From NCBI GenBank assembly GCA_964365955.1, contig CAYISA010000004.1:2939-66938 (forward strand): 64,000 bases of DNA, written 5' to 3'. The notes beneath the pieces were generated by a model. That model was not told the origin of the DNA. It ran no database searches and was given only the letters and a program-made list of their open reading frames with translations. The number at the start of each line of letters is the position of its first letter. Position 1 is the first letter of the stretch. This document shows, piece by piece, positions 17,039 through 29,845 of the stretch. This DNA comes from an uncultured Candidatus Saccharibacteria bacterium (GTDB lineage: Bacteria > Patescibacteriota > Minisyncoccia > UBA6257 > GWB1-50-10). The translations under genes were made by a program, and so were the position numbers.

Positions 17039-18056
17039 ACAAGGAGGTCGGTTTGACCTACGCTTCCTATTTGTCTTGGGAGGCATTTTATTGTTCATTG
17101 TGCTCGTCGGATATTTTTTTTACGGGTTGCAACCCGCGACATCCGTTGAGACGCTCGGAGGAGAAATCGTTCATTTGAAAATTACAAAAGGAGAAGGATT
17201 CAAAGAAATCGCCGCGCATCTTTCCCGCGAGTCGCTGATTCGTTCCATTGGAGTATTTAAGTTGTACGCGATTTTGACGGGACGCGCGCAGAAATTTCAG
17301 CCGGGCGCGTATGAGCTTTCACCCACCATGAATGTGCCGCAGATACTGGATATGCTTTCCCGCGGCGGTCGTAATGAAGTCACGGTTACGATTCCCGAAG
17401 GGTCTACACTCAAAGACATTAATGACCTACTGACGTCGGCGGGGGTACTGGAGGGTGAGGCGACGCTTTCTGGATATGCGTTCGAAAAGTGGAAAACCGT
17501 GTATCCGTATCTTGCGGACGCAAAGACACTCGAAGGGTTTCTGTTCCCGGACACATATCGGTTTAAGATCAATGCGCCGCCCGAGGATATCATCGAACGA
17601 TTGTTGTCGAATTTTGATTCAAAAGCGTGGCCAATCATTAAGGACCAAGTTGATTGGTACGACCGTTTAGTGCTCGCGTCGATTTTGGAACGGGAAGTTC
17701 CGACGTTCGAGGATCGCCAGATGGTTGCGGGGATTTTGTTGAAACGGATCGCGCTCAAAATTCCGCTTCAGGTAGACGCCACGATCGGTTATGCGAAATG
17801 CGGTGGGGAACTGAAAAATTGCAAAAATTCGCTAGTCACAAAAAACGATCTATCCCTTTCTTCTCCTTACAATACGTATCAACACCTTGGTTGGCCTCCC
17901 GGGCCCATTTCGAATCCGGGGGAAGCGGCGTTAAGCGCGGCCGTAAAACCCCAAAAAAGCCCTTATCTGTACTACCTTTCCGCGGCAAAGACGAAAGAAA
18001 CTCTATTTTCCAAAACATTAGACGAGCATAACACCAAACGCGCCCGATACCTTTGA
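17022..18056 (+). CDS. mltG: Endolytic transglycosylase MltG
   Basis: TIPEG, LEGFLFPDTY, ASILERE, LQVDAT, SPYNTY, PPGPISNPG. Confidence 0.92.
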   Translation: MNPQHEQGGRFDLRFLFVLGGILLFIVLVGYFFYGLQPATSVETLGGEIVHLKITKGEGFKEIAAHLSRESLIRSIGVFKLYAILTGRAQKFQPGAYELSPTMNVPQILDMLSRGGRNEVTVTIPEGSTLKDINDLLTSAGVLEGEATLSGYAFEKWKTVYPYLADAKTLEGFLFPDTYRFKINAPPEDIIERLLSNFDSKAWPIIKDQVDWYDRLVLASILEREVPTFEDRQMVAGILLKRIALKIPLQVDATIGYAKCGGELKNCKNSLVTKNDLSLSSPYNTYQHLGWPPGPISNPGEAALSAAVKPQKSPYLYYLSAAKTKETLFSKTLDEHNTKRARYL

Positions 18057-18116
18057 CCCCCTTCCTTTCGTAGGTAAAAAAATAAAAACGTCGTCGAGGT
18101 AACATCTTATCCATAA

Positions 18117-21100
18117 ATGTCCTCTATTATAAAACCCAAACTTTTTTCTTCGTATCAAGGTCCCGAATTCCCCCAGCCGCATTTGGCGGAACTGCAGATC
18201 AATTCGTATCGCTGGTTTGTCGAAAAAGGATTGCGCGAATTGTTTGAAGAAATTTCTCCCATTCGCGACCACACCGGGAACGAACTGGAACTTAGTTTCC
18301 TGGATTATAAATTCGACGAGCCGAAATATTCAGAAGAGAAGGCGAAAGAAAAAGACCAGACCTACGAAGCTTCTTTGCGTGTGAAGCTGAAGTTGGTTAA
18401 TAACATCATTAAACAGACGCAGGAACAGGAAGTCTACTTGGGCGATTTTCCCATTATGACGTCGCGCGGGACATTTATCGTGAACGGCGTTGAGCGCGTG
18501 ATCATTTCACAGCTGGTACGCTCCCCGGGCGCTTATTTGAGTGCAAATGTATACCGCGGCAGAAAACTATTCGGTTCAAAAATCATTCCGAACCGCGGCG
18601 TGTGGCTGGAATTTGAAACCGAAGCGGATGGATTTATCGGCGTGAAAATCGATCGCCGCCGCAAAGCGCCGGTAACACAGCTTTTGCGTATCTTTGGGCT
18701 CACGACGCAGGAAGAAATCCTTTCCACCTTCAAAGATGTGGACACTGGTCCCATCAAATACATGGAAGTGACGTTGCGGAAAGACGATGCAAAAACGGTG
18801 GAAGATTCGTATCTTGGTATTCACCAGCGTCTTCGTCCGGGAGATCTAACGACCGTGGAAAATGCAAAATCTCTTATTGATGCGGCCTTTTTCCGCTTTG
18901 ATCGCTATGATTTAAGCCAAGTAGGGCGTTTTAAAGTAAACCAGCGGCTTAATCTTTCTAAAAATAAGACGGGCATTTTGGATCGCGAGGATATTGTCGC
19001 GCTCCTGAAGGAAATCATTCGGATGAACAATACCTTAACTGCGGAACCCGATGATATTGATGCGCTTGGGAATCGTCGTATTCGCGCGGTCGGGGAATTG
19101 GTTCAGTCCCGTCTTCGCGTTGGATTTGCGCGTTTGCGCCGCGGAGTGCAGGATCGCATGTCCACGCTTGAGAAAAACACCATGCAGCCGGTGCAGCTGG
19201 TGAATTACAAATTACTAACGTCGGTGATCCGTGATTTTTTCTCCTCGTCTCCTCTCTCGCAATTTATGGAACAGGTGAATCCGCTCGCGGAGTTGGAGCA
19301 CAAACGCCGTCTTTCCGCGATGGGTCCCGGGGGACTTACACGGGAGCGCGCCGGATTTGAAGTGCGCGATGTACATCCGACTTTCTACGGACGTATTTGT
19401 CCTATCGCAACGCCCGAGGGTTCCAATATCGGACTGGTAAGCTATATGGCGAATCATGCGCGCGTGAACGCGTTTGGATTTTTGGAGACCCCGTATTTTA
19501 AGGTAAAAAAAGGAATAGTGACCGATACCGTGGAGTGGCTTGATGCCGTGAAGGAACGGGAATTCAATATCGCGCAGGCGGATGTTCGCACGAATGAAAA
19601 ACGAGTGCTCCTGGACGAGGTAGTGGTCGCGCGTGTGAAGGGGGAACCCGGAACATGCCTCGCGAAGGAGATGGATTATGTGGATGTCTCCGCAAATCAG
19701 CTGGTGAGTATCTCAACGGCGCTGATTCCCTTTTTGGAACACACCGATGCGAGCCGCGCACTCATGGGTTCGAATATGCAACGCCAAGCCGTACCTTCTA
19801 TACGCGCGGATGCGCCATATGTCGGTACGGGGAGCGAAGAACGCGCCGCGCATGATTCCCAGCAACTTATTTTAGCGGAAGAAGATGGAACTGTGGAAGA
19901 AGTGGACGCTCGCATGATCGCGGTGAAGGGAAGATCTGGATTAAAAAAGTATTCGATTCGGAAATTTGCACGCGCGAACCAGACGCCGTGTATCACACAG
20001 CGCCCGGTGGTAGGCGTGGGAGAAAAAGTGAAAAAGGGACAATTGCTTGCGGATGGTCCCTCTACGTCCGACGGAGTTTTGGCGCTTGGGCAAAATCTTG
20101 TTGTGGCATTCGTGCCGTGGCGCGGAGGAAATTTTGAAGACGCGATCGTCCTTTCGGAACGCATTGCACGCGATGATCGGTTCACATCCATTCATATCGA
20201 TACGCATACCTGTGCGGTACGCGATACAAAATTAGGTCCCGAAATGACAACGCCGGACATCCCGAACGTTGCGGAGGAAAAACTCCGCAATCTGGATGAA
20301 GAAGGAATCGTGCGTATTGGCGCCGAGGTACGGACGGGCGATATTTTGGTCGGAAAAATTTCTCCGAAAGGAGAATCGGAATTGAGTTCCGAAGAACGTT
20401 TACTACGCGCCATTTTTGGTGAAAAAGCGCGGGATGTGAAAGACAGTTCTCTTACGTTGCCGCATGGAAAAGAAGGGCGGATTATCGGCATCAAAATATT
20501 TTCTCGCGATCAAGGAGATAAACTTGAGCCGGGAATCATTAAAAAAATTCAGATCGAAGTAGCACAGCTCCGAAAAATTCGTGCTGGAGACAAACTCGCC
20601 GGGCGCCACGGGAATAAGGGCGTCATTTCGCAGGTGCGCCCCGTAGAAGACATGCCGTATCTGGAAGATGGAACGCCGGTGGATATCGTGTTGAATCCAC
20701 TCGGGGTTCCGTCGCGTATGAACTTGGGACAGATTCTTGAAACCCATCTCGGTATTGCCGCAAAACGCCAGGGATATCGCGCCGTGGTTCCGAATTTTGT
20801 GGGTCTCGGAGAGCAGGAAATAACCGCGGAGCTTGTCAAATCGGGCTTTTCCGCGGATGGAAAAGTTGCTCTCTATGACGGCATCACCGGAAATCTATTC
20901 AAAAATCGCGTGACGGTGGGAGTTATTTATATGATGAAGCTGAATCACCTCGTGGAAGACAAGATCCATATGCGCTCTACCGGTCCCTATTCGTTGATTA
21001 CACAGCAACCGTTGGGTGGCAAGGCGCAGATGGGAGGGCAGCGGTTCGGAGAAATGGAAGTGTGGGCGCTTGAAGGGTACGGTGCCGCGCATACGCTTCA

Positions 21101-21302
21101 AGAGATGCTTACGATAAAATCGGACGACGTGCTTGGCCGCTCGGCTGCATTCGAATCGATTATCCGCGGAACCGATATTAAAAAACCCAACATTCCAGCA
21201 TCGTTCAATGTATTGGTGAGCGAAATAAAATCGCTGGGGCTGGGCGTGAGCGCTGAGCACGAAACCGTAGAGGGAAAGGGCGACGAGGACGGGGGAATAT
21301 AA
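18117..21302 (+). CDS. rpoB: RNA polymerase beta subunit
   Basis: GTFIVNGVERV, RALMGSNMQRQ, GDKLAGRHGNKG, GGQRFGEMEVWAL. Confidence 0.98.
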   Translation: MSSIIKPKLFSSYQGPEFPQPHLAELQINSYRWFVEKGLRELFEEISPIRDHTGNELELSFLDYKFDEPKYSEEKAKEKDQTYEASLRVKLKLVNNIIKQTQEQEVYLGDFPIMTSRGTFIVNGVERVIISQLVRSPGAYLSANVYRGRKLFGSKIIPNRGVWLEFETEADGFIGVKIDRRRKAPVTQLLRIFGLTTQEEILSTFKDVDTGPIKYMEVTLRKDDAKTVEDSYLGIHQRLRPGDLTTVENAKSLIDAAFFRFDRYDLSQVGRFKVNQRLNLSKNKTGILDREDIVALLKEIIRMNNTLTAEPDDIDALGNRRIRAVGELVQSRLRVGFARLRRGVQDRMSTLEKNTMQPVQLVNYKLLTSVIRDFFSSSPLSQFMEQVNPLAELEHKRRLSAMGPGGLTRERAGFEVRDVHPTFYGRICPIATPEGSNIGLVSYMANHARVNAFGFLETPYFKVKKGIVTDTVEWLDAVKEREFNIAQADVRTNEKRVLLDEVVVARVKGEPGTCLAKEMDYVDVSANQLVSISTALIPFLEHTDASRALMGSNMQRQAVPSIRADAPYVGTGSEERAAHDSQQLILAEEDGTVEEVDARMIAVKGRSGLKKYSIRKFARANQTPCITQRPVVGVGEKVKKGQLLADGPSTSDGVLALGQNLVVAFVPWRGGNFEDAIVLSERIARDDRFTSIHIDTHTCAVRDTKLGPEMTTPDIPNVAEEKLRNLDEEGIVRIGAEVRTGDILVGKISPKGESELSSEERLLRAIFGEKARDVKDSSLTLPHGKEGRIIGIKIFSRDQGDKLEPGIIKKIQIEVAQLRKIRAGDKLAGRHGNKGVISQVRPVEDMPYLEDGTPVDIVLNPLGVPSRMNLGQILETHLGIAAKRQGYRAVVPNFVGLGEQEITAELVKSGFSADGKVALYDGITGNLFKNRVTVGVIYMMKLNHLVEDKIHMRSTGPYSLITQQPLGGKAQMGGQRFGEMEVWALEGYGAAHTLQEMLTIKSDDVLGRSAAFESIIRGTDIKKPNIPASFNVLVSEIKSLGLGVSAEHETVEGKGDEDGGI

Positions 21303-21319
21303 TTTCTTTATAACATACT

Positions 21320-25018
<3,699 letters not shown>

Positions 25019-25061
25019 ACAATTGACCCTTTTTTCTACTTCTGATACTATGATGAACGTA

Positions 25062-25475
25062 ATGGAAGATACGCTAAACGATAGGATTCTGGCATATGAG
25101 ATGCTGGCGCTCGGAAAAACCGAAGATTTCAGTCTTGTAAAAAAGAACATACTGAAACACGGGGGCGTTGTATTGTCTGAAAAACCGGTACAAAAAATTA
25201 AACTCGCTTACCCGATCCAGAAGCAGCAATTTTGCTTCTCCGCGAATTTCGAGTTTTCCATGCCGCCAGAAGGGCTTAAAATGCTCTCGGGCGATCTGCG
25301 ACTCGACGATTCGTTATTGCGCCATTCCACCTACTATGTGCTTGCCAAGGAAGAAAAACGGGTGGAAAAACCGATGGTGCGCCGCGGGGTAGCGTCACGG
25401 GTTATGCGAAAACCGACCGACGCGATGCTAACAAACGAAGCGCTCGAGAAAAAGATCGAGGAAATATTACAATGA
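25062..25475 (+). CDS. rpsF: 30S ribosomal protein S6
   Basis: YEM, KLAYPIQK, LLRH; precedes ssb-rpsR. Start placed at ATG 25062, after TTGACC-17-TACTAT (25023-25051). Confidence 0.82.
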   Translation: MEDTLNDRILAYEMLALGKTEDFSLVKKNILKHGGVVLSEKPVQKIKLAYPIQKQQFCFSANFEFSMPPEGLKMLSGDLRLDDSLLRHSTYYVLAKEEKRVEKPMVRRGVASRVMRKPTDAMLTNEALEKKIEEILQ

Positions 25476-25942
25476 ATCTCAATAAAGTTTTTTTGGCGGG
25501 AAATCTTACACGCGATCCCGAATTGCGGCAAACCACGACGGGACAGTCCGTTACCACATTTGGGATGGCGACTAATTCTTTTTATACGGATAAGGCCGGA
25601 CAGCGCCAGAAGAAAGCCGAGTTTCATACCGTGGTGGCATGGGGGAAACAAGCCGAATTGATCAGCCGATTTTTGAAGAAAGGAAGTTTGGCGCTCGTAG
25701 AGGGGCGGCTTCAGACGCGTAGCTGGGAAGATAAGCAAGGGCAGAAGCGCCAAACAACGGAAGTGGTGTGCGATAAAATCCAGTTCGGTCCTCGACCCGG
25801 CAGCGGAAGCGGAGTCGGGGCAGGTGGTCCCATAGATCGCGAAATGCCGCCCGAGGCGTTCACGGATAACACAAAAGAAGAGATATTGCCGGAAATCAAT
25901 ATCGAAGAAGGAGATATAAAAGCAGACGACATTCCATTTTAA
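25472..25942 (+). CDS. ssb: Single-stranded DNA-binding protein
   Basis: NKVFLAGNLTRDPELR, VEGRLQTRSW, C-terminal DDIPF. Confidence 0.97.
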   Translation: MNLNKVFLAGNLTRDPELRQTTTGQSVTTFGMATNSFYTDKAGQRQKKAEFHTVVAWGKQAELISRFLKKGSLALVEGRLQTRSWEDKQGQKRQTTEVVCDKIQFGPRPGSGSGVGAGGPIDREMPPEAFTDNTKEEILPEINIEEGDIKADDIPF

Positions 25943-25954
25943 TTTTTGCCATTT

Positions 25955-26170
25955 ATGATGACACCCAAAGCAAGACAGTGCGTATTTTGTTCCCAAAATA
26001 TCAAAACAATCGATTATAAAGACGGGGAACTCCTGCGCCGTTTTGTTTCAAGCCAGGCGAAAATTATTGATCCGCTTCACACGGGCGTGTGTGCCAAGCA
26101 CCAGCGCCGGCTTGCAAACGCGATCAAGCGGGCGCGTATTATGGGGCTTCTTCCGTTCGTGCGCAGATAA
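25955..26170 (+). CDS. rpsR: 30S ribosomal protein S18 (Zn-binding type)
   Basis: CVFC, IDYKD, TGVCAKHQR, AIKRAR..GLLP. Confidence 0.93.
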   Translation: MMTPKARQCVFCSQNIKTIDYKDGELLRRFVSSQAKIIDPLHTGVCAKHQRRLANAIKRARIMGLLPFVRR

Positions 26171-26172
26171 CT

Positions 26173-26748
26173 ATGACGTGGGAAATCAATTTGTTTAACG
26201 CGATGCACGGGATTGTAGGACAATCCAGTCTTTTTGATTTTTTTATTGTGCTTGCGGCGCAGTATCTCCCCTATGCCGTTGTTGTGGCGGCTTTGTTTTT
26301 CTTTTTCACGCGCAAACCGGCCCGCATGCGTTTATGGACTTTGTTCGTGGTCACGCTCACTATTATTCTTTCCCGTGGAATCGTAACGGAACTCATCCGC
26401 TTTTTTTATTCTCGATCTCGGCCGCATATCGCGCTTGGGTTTGATCCTCTGGTGCAGGCCTCCACATCTTCTTTTCCTTCCGGCCACGCGGTGCTGTTTT
26501 TTGCTCTCGCTTCCGTTATCTATGTATTTGATAAAGGATGGGGGAGATGGTTTTGGGGTTTCGCGGTCGTGAATACTCTTGCGCGTATTGTGGCGGGTGT
26601 GCACTGGCCCACGGATATTGTGGGCGGGCTTATTGTAGCAATAATCTCGTTTTACGTGATACGAGCCTTAACCAAAAAATACGCCCCGAAAAATTCAACG
26701 CCAGCATCTGATCTGCCGCTGGCGCCGGAGATTCAGCAAGAAACATAA
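26173..26748 (+). CDS. PAP2-family membrane phosphatase (BcrC-like)
   Basis: RSRP, SFPSGHA, ARIVAGVHWPTD; start at ATG 26173. Confidence 0.88.
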   Translation: MTWEINLFNAMHGIVGQSSLFDFFIVLAAQYLPYAVVVAALFFFFTRKPARMRLWTLFVVTLTIILSRGIVTELIRFFYSRSRPHIALGFDPLVQASTSSFPSGHAVLFFALASVIYVFDKGWGRWFWGFAVVNTLARIVAGVHWPTDIVGGLIVAIISFYVIRALTKKYAPKNSTPASDLPLAPEIQQET

Positions 26749-26776
26749 ACCCCGCACAATTGCGGGGTTTATGTTT
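26741..26776. terminator. Intrinsic terminator / 16-bp perfect hairpin
   Basis: AAACATAAACCCCGCA-caat-TGCGGGGTTTATGTTT. Confidence 0.8.
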
Positions 26777-26860
26777 TGTCGGTACAGAATACTTGAATTA
26801 GTCCGAACGCACTTTTCCGAAAAATTCCCCCCGCGAAAATTCGAGAATGCAGCGGCCTGT

Positions 26861-26966
26861 ACTGAGCGAAGTCGAAGTGAGCCGCACCGCTGACAATTTT
26901 CCTTCAGCTTTGTTCAGGACTTCGAGTCGTGAGCCTCAGTCGAACGATGGTGAGCCTGTCGAACCA
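26861..26966 (+). repeat. Cluster of three short TGAGC-N-GTCGAA hairpin repeats
   Basis: ACTGAGCGAAGTCGAAGT (26861-26878), TCGTGAGCCTCAGTCGAACGA (26927-26947), TGGTGAGCCTGTCGAACCA (26948-26966). Confidence 0.7.
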
Positions 26967-26992
26967 CAAGTTTTTCTTTGGCGGCATTAAAA

Positions 26993-27847
26993 TCATGACT
27001 TACTCAATTTCCTCTCCAAATCTTCTAAATAATAATATGGTGCCGATTTTAATTCAATCGCGTGTTTTACCTCTTCCCAAACTTGCTTTTTGTTTTTCTT
27101 TGCGATTTTCAATAAGAGTGCAAAGAAAGTGCAATTCTCGTGTTTTCCGGTTTCCTGTACATTTAGCATCTGGATTAAAATCGGCACTAAAATTTTCGGT
27201 GGGAATTTTAAAAGTTCCGAGACAGCTTTTCTATCATCAAAGATTTTATCGCCGATACGCTCAATTTTCTGTAAGACACTTCGCAACTTCTCTGCTTTTG
27301 ATTGGGGTAATTTTTGAAGATAAGTTTTTGTGTCAATGGTCTTTTGATCAACTAACTCTTTTTCTAAAAGTGCTACTACCCACTCGTCAGAAAGATTTAT
27401 TAAACTATGAAAATTACCCCAACCATTCTCTTTAAGAACATAAAACCAGTTTTTCCAGGATTTAAGCTGGCTTTTACAATATCTTTCAGAAAATTTTGCA
27501 TAAGCCGATGTTTTCTCCGTTGGGATATTGCGAGCAAGGGAAAAGTTAAATTTTATTTCTCCCACAAGCGGCTTAAATCCTTTCCTGTTCGGGTTGATTT
27601 TGCCAAGAATTTTTACTCTCGCTTTTCTAGCTTCAGGGTGTGGGTTCAACAGGTTTGCTTCGCTGCCGGTAAAGCCGTTTGGAGGAAATACAATAATTCT
27701 TTTTACAAGTTTTGTATCCTCGCTTTTCAAGCGAACAAAAAAACAAGCTGGTCTTGTAATTACTTCAGTGTCTCCGTTCGCAAGAAACTTTTTGAGAGTT
27801 TTTTGAAAAAGCGAGGATTTATAGATTTCATAAAAATTGGATTGCAT
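26993..27847 (-). CDS. Hypothetical protein (AT-rich, Lys-rich, next to the tRNA 3' end)
   Basis: 284-aa ORF, longest frame in this interval; no family recognised. Confidence 0.65.
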   Translation of the reverse strand: MQSNFYEIYKSSLFQKTLKKFLANGDTEVITRPACFFVRLKSEDTKLVKRIIVFPPNGFTGSEANLLNPHPEARKARVKILGKINPNRKGFKPLVGEIKFNFSLARNIPTEKTSAYAKFSERYCKSQLKSWKNWFYVLKENGWGNFHSLINLSDEWVVALLEKELVDQKTIDTKTYLQKLPQSKAEKLRSVLQKIERIGDKIFDDRKAVSELLKFPPKILVPILIQMLNVQETGKHENCTFFALLLKIAKKNKKQVWEEVKHAIELKSAPYYYLEDLERKLSKS

Positions 27848-27972
27848 AGTATGATTAAAAAAATTTCTTCCCCCAAAATGCGAAATCGCAAATTCATTTT
27901 TGCCCCCAAAATTGAATACGAATTAGTCGTCGAGCGAAGCGAGGCGAACCAAAACTCTTTGACTTTCCTTTC

Positions 27973-28059
27973 TGGTGCCCGGGGTGGGGGTCGAACCCAC
28001 ATGACCTTGCGATCACAGGATTTTGAGTCCTGCGCGTCTGCCGATTCCGCCACCCGGGC
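27973..28059 (-). tRNA. tRNA-Leu (CAA)
   Basis: Reverse complement GCCCGGG...CAGGA-CTCAAAA-TCCTG, long variable arm, GGTTCGAC, CCCGGGC-A-CCA. Confidence 0.95.
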
Positions 28060-28063
28060 AAAA

Positions 28064-28543
28064 TTATTGTATCCTTTTTAAAATCTCTGACTCATCAAAA
28101 TCACTACGCGATAATTTTTTGTATTGTTTTTGCATCGCGTCCACAAGAAAGGGAATAGGTTCCCAGCTAAAATATTTTTCTCCTCCGAAATGTTTCTCGG
28201 TACTTATTACCTGTTCCTGCTTGGAACTTGTCAGTTTGCAGAGAAAATACAGTGTAGTTTTCTGCACCTCTGCACGTTCCCAGTTTTTGAATGTGCTTGT
28301 TAACGATCCGAGGTATCCTTCTACGGCCCCGAGTATTCCAAATTCTTCCCGAAGTCCGCGCTGTACCGCTCCTTCCAGTGATTCTCCGGGGCGTACGGTT
28401 TCGCGCATGAGGTAATAGATATCAGTACCGTCAGGTGTTCGTTCATGGTGGCATGCAACTTCGCCATTTTTATTCGTTACCACAGCACCCACAGAAAGAT
28501 GGAAAGGCGACTTTTTTTGGCCAATAAAGTAGTGTAATTCCAC
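28064..28543 (-). CDS. NUDIX-like hydrolase
   Basis: SVGAVV and Nudix-box-like ETVRPGESLEGAVQRGLREEFG. Confidence 0.75.
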   Translation of the reverse strand: MELHYFIGQKKSPFHLSVGAVVTNKNGEVACHHERTPDGTDIYYLMRETVRPGESLEGAVQRGLREEFGILGAVEGYLGSLTSTFKNWERAEVQKTTLYFLCKLTSSKQEQVISTEKHFGGEKYFSWEPIPFLVDAMQKQYKKLSRSDFDESEILKRIQ

Positions 28544-28606
28544 GGGTAGATTTTATCATCCCGCTATATGAAAAGCAACGGAATTTCGGGTAAAATGAAT
28601 GTATCT

Positions 28607-29491
28607 ATGGCGCGTGTCATTGCGATTTGCAACCAGAAAGGCGGGGTGGGGAAAACCACGACTTCAATGAATTTAAGCGCGTATTTGGCGCTTCTTGGAA
28701 AAAAGACATTGCTCATCGATTTTGATCCGCAATTTAACGCGACCGTGGGCGTGGGAGCCATTCATGCGCCGGACGAAACCATTTATCATGCGCTTCTTGT
28801 GGATGTCCCCGTCGAACGCGTCATTAAACAAACCTATCTCTCGAATCTTGAGATCGCGCCGGCATCGGCCGATCTTGCGGGAGCTTTGGTTGAGCTGGTG
28901 AATCTGGAAAATCGCGAAACTTACCTTCGCCGTTTTGTGGATGGCGTGCGGGATCGTTACGATTTTATCATTATTGATTTAGGGCCGAGTCTACATCTTT
29001 TGACCATTAATGGACTCTTGGCGGCAGATGAAGTAATCGTCCCCATCCAGTGCGAGTATTACGCGCTTGAAGGATTAAGCCAGCTTTTACAAACGATTGA
29101 TCTGGTTCGCAGTAATCTGGAGCATCCGTTGAAAGTCGGAGGAGCGCTTCTTACCATGTACGACAAGCGGGAAAAACTTTCGCGCGAGATTGCGCGGGAA
29201 GTGCGGCGACGGTTTCCGTATCACGTCTACGATGTAGAGATTCCCCGTTCCGTGGGGCTCGCGGAGGCGCCGCGCTACAAAAAACCCATTATGCTGTATG
29301 CACCGCAGAGCCCTGGGGCGACAGCGTATGAGCGTTTGGCACAGGAAGTGATTGAGCAGAACAACGAAGTATGGCCTCGCCCCAAAGAAGAAGATAAAAA
29401 AGAGCCCTATTTTAAGGAAAATTTTACCCCGAGTTCCGAGTTTACGGCAAAAAACAGACCGGAAGAGAAGTGGGATCTGTCCGAGATGTAA
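28607..29491 (+). CDS. parA: Chromosome partitioning ATPase ParA/Soj
   Basis: NQKGGVGKTTT, IDFDPQ, PIQCEYYALEGL; start at ATG 28607. Confidence 0.95.
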   Translation: MARVIAICNQKGGVGKTTTSMNLSAYLALLGKKTLLIDFDPQFNATVGVGAIHAPDETIYHALLVDVPVERVIKQTYLSNLEIAPASADLAGALVELVNLENRETYLRRFVDGVRDRYDFIIIDLGPSLHLLTINGLLAADEVIVPIQCEYYALEGLSQLLQTIDLVRSNLEHPLKVGGALLTMYDKREKLSREIAREVRRRFPYHVYDVEIPRSVGLAEAPRYKKPIMLYAPQSPGATAYERLAQEVIEQNNEVWPRPKEEDKKEPYFKENFTPSSEFTAKNRPEEKWDLSEM

Positions 29492-29516
29492 AAAAGTTTT
29501 CCACTGTGGACAACCG

Positions 29517-29544
29517 TTGACACGCACCCTGCAGATGCTAAAAT
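29517..29544 (+). promoter_or_regulatory. Near-consensus sigma70 promoter
   Basis: TTGACA, 16-nt spacer, extended -10 TGcTAAAAT. Confidence 0.75.
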
Positions 29545-29550
29545 TTTCCT

Positions 29551-29813
29551 TGCGTTCGCTTTGAAGCGGGTACGGCTTGGCAGGCGATCTAGTTGCAAAT
29601 AGAGCGCAGGCTTGGACGGATTCGTAGAGATGTTGGACGCACGTATATGTACGTTTCTGAAACAGAGGTTAAGTGCGGACTGCAAGGCGGAAAGGTAGTA
29701 GCTTAAATTTCGAGCGTTGCTCTTTATACTTTAATTATAAATATACCTCGAAATACTTTAGGCGAACCCCTCCTTCCTCGCGGTCTTCATACGACCTCTG
29801 TTTTAGTTTCTAT
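29551..29813 (+). ncRNA. Candidate structured RNA of unknown family between parA and parB
   Basis: Follows a strong promoter, no credible ORF, nested complementary segments centred near 29732. Confidence 0.45.
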
Positions 29814-29845
29814 TTTTGCCGCGGGCATACTACAATAAGAGAACG

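Noticed and set aside
26929-28081. Plus-strand ORFs of 168 and 224 aa
   Set aside because: Antisense to the 284-aa gene and running through the tRNA; composition typical of shadow frames.
29641-29665. parS site (ACGTATATGTACGT; GTTTC-T-GAAAC)
   Set aside because: Does not match the 16-bp TGTTTCACGTGAAACA spacing; only a partial resemblance.
29680-29706. SRP RNA helix 8 or tmRNA tag (CAAGGCGGAAAGGTAGTAGCTTAA)
   Set aside because: The stem around GGAA does not pair and no tRNA-like tmRNA ends are visible; left as an unknown RNA candidate.
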